A program made the position numbers and the translations under genes. Of a stretch of 64,000 nucleotides of DNA, positions 28,730-36,907 are shown in pieces. Positions within the stretch are counted from its first letter, which is position 1. Each line of letters opens with the position of its first letter. The stretch is from Gemmatimonadaceae bacterium (GTDB lineage Bacteria; Gemmatimonadota; Gemmatimonadetes; Gemmatimonadales; Gemmatimonadaceae): positions 448,001 through 512,000 of the forward strand of contig JBJMOW010000004.1 in the NCBI GenBank assembly GCA_045803545.1. The letters are read 5' to 3'. The notes under the pieces were generated by a model that had not been told where the DNA came from, ran no database searches, and saw only the letters and a list, made by a program, of their open reading frames with translations.

Positions 28730-29506
28730 CTACAGCGTGGAGTCTTTGCGGTAAAGCGTCGCCTGCACCGTCAATGCATCGCTGGTGGCAAACCCCAAGG
28801 CTGTGTTGTCGAAGATGCACCACGTTTCGATCTCGCGCGCAGCCCACGATTGGATATCGTTGGCGACGCTGTCCAACGCGTCGGCCGAATACGCCGAGTA
28901 GTAAATCCGCGGCGATCCATGAAGGCGTATGTAAACGAGCGCATCATGGCCGCCCGCTGTCGCTGCTGCAGGGACCCGCGCTGGATCTGCGGCAACGCGT
29001 GCAATTCGATAGTCGCGGAGCAAGGAACTCACTTCGTCGGTGAACCATGTCTCATGTCGCGGCTCCAGCACCGCGCTTCCCTGGAAACGCTGACGTAGCT
29101 GACCGAGAAAATCGACGACTACTGCGTGATCGAATGCAAAACTGGGCGGCAGTTGAATCAGAATTGGGCCACGCTTCGGGCCGAGACCCGAGGTCTCTTC
29201 AAGGAACTGCTCGAGGCGTGGCCCCGCGTCGAGCAGTCGCTGTTCGTGGGTGATCACCTTGGGCAACTTTACGGCGAAGCGGAAACGCTCCGGCACCGAA
29301 TCGGCCCAGCGCTCGTAGGTAGATCGACGATGTGGTCGATAAAAGCACGAGTTGATTTCGACGGCGTTGAAAAGCGTGGCATATCGCTGGAGATGGCTGC
29401 CAACGTTGGCGAAGCGGTGTGAATGCTCCTTTCGGATGGCCCACCCGGCTATGCCCAGGTGAACGCCGGATGGAAGCGAATCGTGTGGAATATCCGTGTG
29501 CAGCAT
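28730..29506 (-). CDS. DUF72 (YecE-like) protein
   Basis: GIAGW, VEINSCFY, FRFAVKLP..ITH, LIQLPPS, EPRH, YIRLHG, FDNT; start approximate. Confidence 0.88.
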   Translation of the reverse strand: MLHTDIPHDSLPSGVHLGIAGWAIRKEHSHRFANVGSHLQRYATLFNAVEINSCFYRPHRRSTYERWADSVPERFRFAVKLPKVITHEQRLLDAGPRLEQFLEETSGLGPKRGPILIQLPPSFAFDHAVVVDFLGQLRQRFQGSAVLEPRHETWFTDEVSSLLRDYRIARVAADPARVPAAATAGGHDALVYIRLHGSPRIYYSAYSADALDSVANDIQSWAAREIETWCIFDNTALGFATSDALTVQATLYRKDSTL

Positions 29507-29597
29507 CCTAGCTTTGCGTAACGCCGGAATGGCGGGCGCCGGCACAGTACGCACTCGCCGCGCCAGCACGCTGGAGCCGGCCATTAGGAGTTCCACT

Positions 29598-30908
29598 TTG
29601 CGAAGGCTCTCAAACACCTTCCACCGACTGCCGCGCCTGTTGATCGGCGCGGGCTTCGTCGCGCAATGCGTTCTCTCTCTTGGCTGCGTGCACCATCAGG
29701 CGATTGCGAGACCAACTGGTCCCATGTCGTACTGGGAAGCGCTCGCCGAGCTGCATCCCGCTGATGCCGTGATCGCCGCGCGGACAGCATCTGAAAAGGA
29801 ATTCGCCGCAGCACTGGGGAACCTGATGTCGGGCGACATCGAAACCGCGGAGCACCAACTCGCGATACTGCGAAAGACGGCCAGCGACACGATCATCAGA
29901 GCCGGCTCCAGAGTTGTCTATACGGCAACGCTTCAATACCAGGAGAAGTGGGAGGCGCTGGCCTCGTTGAAAAAAGAACAAGCTCAGAAGCCCGGACCGC
30001 ACGACCGTGCCAGCATCGAGTTGTGGGCAGATGCCTTCAGCAACGTGCCGCCGAAGAAATCCACCTTTCGCTCGGCGCAGTCGCGGGTGGGCATGTCGAT
30101 GTCCGGTGTCGGTACGCCGCTGGTACCCGTGCGAATCGCCGGGAGGGAGTATCACTTCTGGCTGGATACCGGGTCGAGTCTGACGATGCTGGCTTCCGAC
30201 GTCGCGCGGGATCTGAACATCCAACCGCTGGTGAGCGACACACTGGAGATAGTAACCAGCACTGGCAGAGTAAAAGCGCAGCCGGTCCTCATCCCGGAAC
30301 TGCAAATCGGACCGCTGGTAGTTGAAAACGCGCCGTCGATGATAGTGGACGAGACGATGATGCAAATGCGAGAGCCTGAATCGATGCTGCTGGCGAAGCA
30401 GGTGAAGATCGATGGCATCATCGGCTTCGACATCATCCGACAGCTCGATATCGAGTTTGATTACGGCGAGAGCACAATCAAACTGCGCAACCCGGCGACG
30501 TCGCGGCCGGAAGACGATCGCAACTTGTTCTGGGTCGGATTACCGGTGATCAGAATGTCGAGCGAAGATGGGATACCGTTGCACTTCGGCCTGGATACCG
30601 GCGCGCAGGTGACATTCGTTACCGAGACACTGCTCGACAAGCTTCAGGTCACTCCCGCGCGCATAGAAAGCAGACGCGTCGGCGGCCTCGGCGGTGAGAT
30701 CTCGATGCGAGCGCCCGTGATGCCCGATGTCAGGGTCCTGGTGCGCAATTTCCCGATCATTTTTCGCGGTGCGGCCGTGCGCGCTCCGGTCTATCAGGTG
30801 CTGGCTTCGCTCGATGGTGTGCTGGGCGGCGACATCTGGAACAGCGGTATCGTCCGGATCGACATGACCAACGGGGTGTTTGCCATCAAGAGGCCCCGCC
30901 CGAACTGA
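29598..30908 (+). CDS. Lipoprotein aspartic protease with two retropepsin-like domains (paralog of 10069-11553)
   Basis: SD AGGAG (29586-29590) then TTG start; lipobox LSLGC; FWLDTGS/DGIIGFD and FGLDTGA/DGVLGGD. Confidence 0.85.
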   Translation: MRRLSNTFHRLPRLLIGAGFVAQCVLSLGCVHHQAIARPTGPMSYWEALAELHPADAVIAARTASEKEFAAALGNLMSGDIETAEHQLAILRKTASDTIIRAGSRVVYTATLQYQEKWEALASLKKEQAQKPGPHDRASIELWADAFSNVPPKKSTFRSAQSRVGMSMSGVGTPLVPVRIAGREYHFWLDTGSSLTMLASDVARDLNIQPLVSDTLEIVTSTGRVKAQPVLIPELQIGPLVVENAPSMIVDETMMQMREPESMLLAKQVKIDGIIGFDIIRQLDIEFDYGESTIKLRNPATSRPEDDRNLFWVGLPVIRMSSEDGIPLHFGLDTGAQVTFVTETLLDKLQVTPARIESRRVGGLGGEISMRAPVMPDVRVLVRNFPIIFRGAAVRAPVYQVLASLDGVLGGDIWNSGIVRIDMTNGVFAIKRPRPN

Positions 30909-30913
30909 CACTT

Positions 30914-30933
30914 TGTTAGGTTGTTAACTAACA
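30914..30933. promoter_or_regulatory. Palindromic operator abutting the ArsR-type regulator start codon
   Basis: TGTTAG-N8-CTAACA ending at the A of ATG 30933. Confidence 0.55.
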
Positions 30934-32135
30934 TGACTGCTGCTACCCAACCCCGCATCGAATTCGCCGTCACGCCACGGTTCGATGTCTTCTACGCGCT
31001 GTACACGCTGACGAGCAGTGCGGCGACGCCACTGGATGCATGGAAGAGCAGAGCGGCCGATCGGCTGCCGCGTGATTTCACAAAACGCGCATCTCTCGTC
31101 GCGCCGCTGCCGATCTTCTGGCCACTGCTTGCTGACGCCGCGCAAAGCGATCCTGGGGAGATCAGCTTCACCGAGCTTCTTTCCACGATACAGGAGCTAC
31201 CTGCCAAGGATCTTCAGAGAAGCATCCTCGGCGGAATCTTCCACGACGATGAGGCTGTCCAGGCGCTCATCACCGAGCGGAGAAGTTTGAAGCAAATGGT
31301 CATCGGTGCTCCGGCATCGGTCGGCGAGCTGCTGACGGCGTTTGGTCTGAAACCGTTCGAGTCGGGTTCGAAGGCGGTGCGCGCGATCACTTCGTTGCTC
31401 GAGAGACCCGAGCCATTTCGTGACGATCTCATCAGCGTACTCGAAGCATTCTGGAATAACGGATTCCACGATGATTGGCGGACGTTGGAGCCCGACCTGC
31501 GCGAGGAGTCTTTTCGAATGACCGACATGCGAGATGAGAGCGATCCGGCTACGCTCGATGTGCAGCTGAACCTGCCGGTGACGATGGACCACGCCGGCCA
31601 GCAGCTTCGCCCAAAAAGCGGAGCGCCAATTGGCTACCAGAAAATCGAGCGCTGCTTCGTCATCCCATCAGCGTTCAACACGCGGCGGTGGTGGACGAAA
31701 TACACCTCAGCCTCGGACCGCGTGGTGCTGTACTTCCCGATCGTCCGTGATGTCAACGCTGCAAATCGAATCGGACGTGACGTCACGGCGAAGACTGCGG
31801 CTGAATCGGCGCGCCGAACCGATATCAATGCGGAGTCGATATTTCGCGCGTTGGGAGACACGACGCGCTACGCCATCGCTTCGATCCTGGCGAGAACACC
31901 AACGACGTCTGCAGAGCTCGCGCGCAGCCTCAAAGTCTCGAAGCCGACGATAACGCATCACGTCCACGCTTTGCGGTCAGCAGGGTTGATCAAAGAAACG
32001 CCAAGCGGTGGCTCGACCAAGCTCTCGCTGAGTCGAGATACGGTGGCTGATTTGTCCGGGGCAGCTGTCGAGCAGCTTTTCTCCTCGAGTGGCGAGCTCA
32101 ATCTGGGAACTACCCGGAGAAGAAGGCAGGACTGA
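30933..32135 (+). CDS. Large transcriptional regulator with C-terminal ArsR-type winged HTH
   Basis: IFRALGDTTRYAI..L..ELARSLKVSKPTITHHVHALRSAGLI; FVIPSAF motif in the N-terminal domain. Confidence 0.82.
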   Translation: MTAATQPRIEFAVTPRFDVFYALYTLTSSAATPLDAWKSRAADRLPRDFTKRASLVAPLPIFWPLLADAAQSDPGEISFTELLSTIQELPAKDLQRSILGGIFHDDEAVQALITERRSLKQMVIGAPASVGELLTAFGLKPFESGSKAVRAITSLLERPEPFRDDLISVLEAFWNNGFHDDWRTLEPDLREESFRMTDMRDESDPATLDVQLNLPVTMDHAGQQLRPKSGAPIGYQKIERCFVIPSAFNTRRWWTKYTSASDRVVLYFPIVRDVNAANRIGRDVTAKTAAESARRTDINAESIFRALGDTTRYAIASILARTPTTSAELARSLKVSKPTITHHVHALRSAGLIKETPSGGSTKLSLSRDTVADLSGAAVEQLFSSSGELNLGTTRRRRQD

Positions 32136-32250
32136 ACGCCTTTTCGGCCGAAAAAATCGCCTGCCTATCGTCGAATTGTTCGGCGACAGAATTTTTACAA
32201 TGTATAAAGGAATCTTCTTAAACCCTTTGTACGTACTATGAGTCTAAGAG

Positions 32251-32367
32251 TGCAAAGACCGGAACTTCCCCTCTCCGGCTGCATGCAAGAAGCGCTACTG
32301 GTCGAGCTTGTAGGACGGGTGGGCCACCAGTAGCCACCCCCGTACCCGAAAGGGTACGGGGTTTTTT
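32251..32367 (+). ncRNA. Candidate orphan structured small RNA
   Basis: Stem CCGGA/TCCGG with C-rich loop, stem GCTACTGGT/ACCAGTAGC, intrinsic terminator; AT-rich promoter-like region upstream. Confidence 0.5.
32338..32367 (+). terminator. Rho-independent terminator
   Basis: CCCCGTACCC-GAAA-GGGTACGGGG-TTTTTT. Confidence 0.9.
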
Positions 32368-32368
32368 G

Positions 32369-32845
32369 TTATCTGGCGGGCGCGGCCTCCGGATATCCGG
32401 TATCCATGATCACGAGCCAGCGATTTCCTTCTCGACGCCACACTGTGACGTACCGACCGCGTGAGAGCTCTTTGCCGCTGGTCTCGACTTTTCTACTCAC
32501 AGCCCAATACCTGCCTGTCGTCGAGCCGATCGTTCCACCGCTGAAAACGTACGCATCCGTTGGCTCCCAATTGAGTGTGTAGGTAGTGTCGGAGATGTTC
32601 GGCAGGTCGAACGCGCGGACCGCATCGTAGCCCTTCACCATGTCGGCGCGGTAGCGAATGCGAATCGCGTCACGAGCGAAGAAAGACATCCAGCCATCGA
32701 TGCCGTTGCGCTGCGTAGCGTCGGCAAAATCACGATCGACCTGCATCAGAGATGCCTCGGTGGCGCCGGGTGCGCTGTTGGAGTTGACCGCCATGCTGCA
32801 CCCGGTAGCCAGCAGCAATACAAAAACTACTTTCAGCGATTTCAT
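32369..32845 (-). CDS. NTF2-like (DUF4440/YybH) lipoprotein
   Basis: Lipobox LATGC; LNWEP, GRYVTVWRREGNRWLVIMDTG. Confidence 0.8.
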   Translation of the reverse strand: MKSLKVVFVLLLATGCSMAVNSNSAPGATEASLMQVDRDFADATQRNGIDGWMSFFARDAIRIRYRADMVKGYDAVRAFDLPNISDTTYTLNWEPTDAYVFSGGTIGSTTGRYWAVSRKVETSGKELSRGRYVTVWRREGNRWLVIMDTGYPEAAPAR

Positions 32846-32864
32846 CGGGCGGGTAGGTTAGGGA

Positions 32865-33674
32865 ATGACTGACGTATTCACACGCGAGCTGCTGACAGGG
32901 AAGAGCGCGATCATAACGGGCGGTGGCAGCGGAATCAACTTCGCGATTGCGAAGCGTTTCGCCGAGCATGGCGCGAACGTAGCGCTGATCGGGCGCACGA
33001 AGGAAAAGCTCGATGCGGCAGCCGCGGAAATCCGTAAAACTGGTGTAAAAGCTTCAGGACATCCCGCAGATGTTCGGGATTACGACGCCTTGGCTGGAGC
33101 AATCAAGGCGGCGCGCGAGGAGCTCGGCGAAATCGATCTCGTTGTCTGTGGCGCCGCGGGAAATTTTCCGGCGCCCGCGCTCGGTATGTCGGCCAATGGT
33201 TTCAAGTCGGTAATCGACATCGATCTGCTCGGCACCTTCAACACTTGTCGCGCCGTATTCGAGCATCTGCGACGGCCCGGTGCATCGATCATCAACATTT
33301 CCGCGATGCAGGCATTCACGCCGATGCCGTTCCAGGCGCATGTGTGTGCGGCAAAGGCTGGCGTGGACATGCTGACTAAGTGTCTTGCAATCGAGTGGGG
33401 CAGTCAGGGCGTGCGGGTGAACTCGATTGCGCCGGGAGCAGTGGACGACACCGAAGGAATGCGACGCCTGGCACCGACGCCACAAATCCGCGAACAGTTT
33501 ACGCGGGGAATTCCATTGAGACGATTTGCTACAAAGGACGAGATCGCTGACTTGGCGGTCTTTCTTTCGAGCGATGGAGCGCGCTTCATCACGGGCGCGG
33601 TAGTCGTCTGCGACGGCGGTCAATCGCTGGCCGGACTCGGCGTGAATATTACCGCAGCGACGGGCGCGACCTAA
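32865..33674 (+). CDS. SDR oxidoreductase, 2,4-dienoyl-CoA reductase-like
   Basis: [39 protein letters not shown]. Confidence 0.88.
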   Translation: MTDVFTRELLTGKSAIITGGGSGINFAIAKRFAEHGANVALIGRTKEKLDAAAAEIRKTGVKASGHPADVRDYDALAGAIKAAREELGEIDLVVCGAAGNFPAPALGMSANGFKSVIDIDLLGTFNTCRAVFEHLRRPGASIINISAMQAFTPMPFQAHVCAAKAGVDMLTKCLAIEWGSQGVRVNSIAPGAVDDTEGMRRLAPTPQIREQFTRGIPLRRFATKDEIADLAVFLSSDGARFITGAVVVCDGGQSLAGLGVNITAATGAT

Positions 33675-34561
33675 CTCCAGGTCAGCTCGTCGATCGACTT
33701 GGGCCAGTCTCCTTTCAGCAGCCGCGATAGCGCACGGTCCGCCAGCAGCTTGCCATCGGTCTGACACCGCGGGCAGTAGTTGGTTTCGTTATCGGCGTAA
33801 CGTATGCGCTGCACCGGAGTGCCACAAACCGGGCAAGGCTTCCCGAACTTGCCGTGGACGGCCATCTCGTCACGAAATGCGGTGACCTTTGCAGGGAAAT
33901 TCGCCCCCGCTTCGTCGCGCAGCCGCTGAGTCCATTCGACCAGAATCTCCTTCGTCGCATCGAACAACGTCGCGATCTCGTCGTCAGTCAGTCGCCTGGT
34001 GTGCTTCACCGGTGATATCTTCGCGCGATGAAGTATTTCATCGGAGTACGCGTTCCCAATCCCGCTGAACAACCGTGGATCCGTGAGCGAACGCTTCAGG
34101 GTGTGATTCTCGCCAATCAATCGTTCCTTGAACTCCGCCAGCGTGGCGTCAAGGACTTCGAGTCCGCCCCGCGCGAATTGGTCGAGTGATTCCTTACCGC
34201 GCACGAGCCAGAGAGATGCACGACGCTTCGATCCTGCCTCGGTCAATATCAAAGTGCCGTTCGGAAAGTCAAACGCAGCCAACCCGAGCTTTCCCGGAAC
34301 CTTGGTGCCACTCGCCTGCCAGCGCAGTCTTCCGGCGATCATGAGATGAATGACCAGAAAGAGATCGTCTTCCAGCTCGAGGACGATTCTTTTCCCCATT
34401 CGACGGACCGCGACCACCTTCTTGCCATTGGCGGCGCTTATTGGCGGATCGACCGAGCGGAGGAGAAATGGCTTGGCGATGCGAATCCGCTCCAGCGGCT
34501 GGCCCACGATGCGTGCCTCGAGTGCTTCGATGTAAACAGTGATATCGGGTAACTCGGGCAT
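33671..34561 (-). CDS. Fpg/Nei family DNA glycosylase/AP lyase
   Basis: N-terminal [22 protein letters not shown] (H2TH), CPVC..CPRC zinc finger, [10 protein letters not shown] extension. Confidence 0.92.
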   Translation of the reverse strand: MPELPDITVYIEALEARIVGQPLERIRIAKPFLLRSVDPPISAANGKKVVAVRRMGKRIVLELEDDLFLVIHLMIAGRLRWQASGTKVPGKLGLAAFDFPNGTLILTEAGSKRRASLWLVRGKESLDQFARGGLEVLDATLAEFKERLIGENHTLKRSLTDPRLFSGIGNAYSDEILHRAKISPVKHTRRLTDDEIATLFDATKEILVEWTQRLRDEAGANFPAKVTAFRDEMAVHGKFGKPCPVCGTPVQRIRYADNETNYCPRCQTDGKLLADRALSRLLKGDWPKSIDELTWS

Positions 34562-34689
34562 CGATTGCTATTTCCGCCGAGCGAGTGCCGTCGTGGTCTG
34601 CTCGTGCGGCAACTGCGGCCAGTGCCTTCTTATAGTAGTCGGCAATGATCTGCCGATCGCGCCCCCTGGCCGGGCGGGAATGCGAAAGA

Positions 34690-34718
34690 ATTGTGCGGTA
34701 TTCATTGAAAGATTGCAA
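34690..34718 (-). promoter_or_regulatory. Sigma70-type promoter upstream of the fpg/nei gene
   Basis: Minus-strand TTGCAA (34713-34718), 17 nt, CACAAT (34690-34695). Confidence 0.55.
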
Positions 34719-35909
34719 TCAGACTGGGGAAAGTGCGCGATCGAAGTACTCGGTTGCCGCCTGTACATCTTCCGGGGAGAAATAGTCGACGCCAAGCGAT
34801 TCGGCGCCATCGAGCGCGATATCCGCAAGCGTACGTGCCATTCTCCGGAGCGCGGGATGTGAGAGGCCTTTGATTCCTGCCAACTCCAGCAAATCGATAC
34901 TCGGCGTTCCCACGATCTCGAATGCGCGTTGTGCGCTTTCGCGGTCGTAGGCGATCGCAGTCACGAACAGGACTGGCGCCGCCAGCCACCGAGGATCGAT
35001 GGTGTCCGCCGAGCGAAGCTCGAAGTACTGCTTGGGCCTGACCTCGGGAAAGAGTGTCGTCAGGTGAAAATCCCATTCTTCCATCCCCACCTTCGCGTCG
35101 CGCATCCATTCGCGAAATGTCTGGTAAGGCCTCTTCCCGTTCCCGCTGCGCATAGCGTACCCATCGAGCGCGAAGTCGACGTACTTGCGAATCGGGTCCT
35201 GCTCGTCGTAGGGAATGCCGGTGCGCGAATCGTCGAGAGTGCGCCAGAGATGAGCGCGATAGCTGGCGTGATCTGTCTTCCTGCCTGCGTAGTAGCTAGA
35301 GTTGGCGAAGAGGGCTGTCACTACCGGCGTAAGGGCGTTGAGCAGCAGCCAGCGACTCAGAGGATGCTCGCCGCGCTCGAGATTGATCTGGAGCGCTGCC
35401 GTCTGACGCATCATCCGCACGCCCGACGGGCCGATCGACTCGAAAAAAGCGTTCATTCCCGTGTAGCGTTCGCGGCGGAGCTGCAGCGGCACGGTGCCGA
35501 TGTCGTTGTACGGGTCCACACCCATGGTTACGAGCTCGATCCCCGCCTGTTGCATCGGATCGCGAATGGCATTCACCAGGTCGCGGGTGGCGGAGATGAC
35601 GGACGTCGCAGTTGCGGATGGGGTGCTGCTGATTTCTATCTGGCCGCCGGGCTCAAACGAGATGCGCGCGCCTCCACGCAGCTCCCACGACGGTGGATCG
35701 CTCCCATTTCGCTTTTCGGTCCAGGACTGTTTCCGTGCGAGGTCAGACAGCACACGAGTGGTCGCCAGAGGGAGTGCCGGCCTGCGCGTGAACTCGATTA
35801 CCGGAATGAGCTCAAGCTCGACACCCACCGCTCTTGGCGATGCCGACTCAAGGGGAGAGAAGAAGCGCTGCCGCACGTCCTCCAGCAACTGTGCCTCGGA
35901 GAGGCTCAC
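34719..35909 (-). CDS. egtA: Glutamate--cysteine ligase family protein (GCS2, EgtA-like)
   Basis: VGVELE, ISFEPGGQIEISS, MMRQTAALQINL, ALFANS, HLTTLFPEVRP..YFELRSAD; follows egtD; GTG start inferred. Confidence 0.8.
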   Translation of the reverse strand: MSLSEAQLLEDVRQRFFSPLESASPRAVGVELELIPVIEFTRRPALPLATTRVLSDLARKQSWTEKRNGSDPPSWELRGGARISFEPGGQIEISSTPSATATSVISATRDLVNAIRDPMQQAGIELVTMGVDPYNDIGTVPLQLRRERYTGMNAFFESIGPSGVRMMRQTAALQINLERGEHPLSRWLLLNALTPVVTALFANSSYYAGRKTDHASYRAHLWRTLDDSRTGIPYDEQDPIRKYVDFALDGYAMRSGNGKRPYQTFREWMRDAKVGMEEWDFHLTTLFPEVRPKQYFELRSADTIDPRWLAAPVLFVTAIAYDRESAQRAFEIVGTPSIDLLELAGIKGLSHPALRRMARTLADIALDGAESLGVDYFSPEDVQAATEYFDRALSPV

Positions 35910-35917
35910 GTCGTTAC

Positions 35918-36907
35918 TCAGCTCTCCGCTCGGGCAAGTGCCAGCGCAAACGACCCATCCTGCGCCGGCATCCACCGCTCCATCAGCAGGCCGGAGGCGC
36001 ACAAGATGTCTTCGAGGATCCCGCGGTCGTACTTGTAACTCAGCTCGGTCCGGATGCTCTCGCCGGCGTCGAACGTAATCGTGCCGACCTCGGGGATGAC
36101 CACCTCGTGCGCTCTATGCGCGATCAGATGCATCTCGACTCGATGCTGTTCCTCGTTGTAAAACGCGCGGTGCTCATAGTCCGTGAGCGGAAAATCAGCG
36201 CCGAGCTCGCGGTTCAATCTCTGCAGAATATTGAGATTGAATGCGGCAGTGACTTCCTTCGAGTCGTTATAGGCACGGTGAATCACTTCCGGATCCTTGA
36301 TTAAATCTGCGCCGAGCAGGAATCTGTCGGTCGGTCCCATCGCGCGCGCAATGTGAGAGAGCAGGCTCACTGCCTGCTCGCGTGGGAAATTCCCGATGGT
36401 ACTGCCGAGGAAGGCGACGAGTGTGGGACTGGCCATCGGCGGCAATGAGAAGGGCTCGGTGATGTCGGACGCGACAGGCTTTATCTGAATGTCGGGATAG
36501 TCGGCGCGCAGCTGAATCGCCGTCGCTTCCAGAAAATCCTTGCTGACATCTATCGGTACATAGCACTCCGCGCAGCCATTGCTGCGCATCTGATCGAGAA
36601 TGATCCTGGTCTTTGTCGCACTGCCGGCCCCAAGCTCCACGAGCGAGCAGGGCTGCACGTGTGTCACGATCTCCTCGATTCGATTCTCCAGCAGCGAACG
36701 CTCGGCGCGGGTGAGGTAGTACTCTGGGAGCTGGGTGATCTCCTCGAACAACTCCGAACCTCGTTCGTCGTAGAAGTATTTTGGCGAGAGCTGTTTCGGC
36801 CGATGCGTGAGTCCATGCTGAACGTCGCGCACCATTTGCTGGCGCGAGCGCCGCACTGTGTACGGAGGCGTGCCGTTGACCAGATCGGAATGAATTCCGC
36901 TTTTCAT
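35918..36907 (-). CDS. egtD: L-histidine N-alpha-trimethyltransferase
   Basis: KYFYDERGSELFEEITQLPEYYLTRAE, ELGAGSATKT, FLGSTIGN, AYND..VTAAFN, IRTELSYK; ATGA overlap with egtB. Confidence 0.95.
   Translation of the reverse strand: MKSGIHSDLVNGTPPYTVRRSRQQMVRDVQHGLTHRPKQLSPKYFYDERGSELFEEITQLPEYYLTRAERSLLENRIEEIVTHVQPCSLVELGAGSATKTRIILDQMRSNGCAECYVPIDVSKDFLEATAIQLRADYPDIQIKPVASDITEPFSLPPMASPTLVAFLGSTIGNFPREQAVSLLSHIARAMGPTDRFLLGADLIKDPEVIHRAYNDSKEVTAAFNLNILQRLNRELGADFPLTDYEHRAFYNEEQHRVEMHLIAHRAHEVVIPEVGTITFDAGESIRTELSYKYDRGILEDILCASGLLMERWMPAQDGSFALALARAES

Noticed and set aside
34567..34683. 5S rRNA or SRP RNA because of size and three-way fold
   Set aside because: Lacks the conserved 5S CCGAAC/GAUGGUAG motifs and the SRP CAGG..GGAA..AGCAG motif
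34929..36038. 369-aa plus-strand ORF and similar long antisense ORFs (43802-44665, 51429-52247, 25518-26309)
   Set aside because: Antisense shadows of well-supported genes, expected in GC-rich DNA; no motifs
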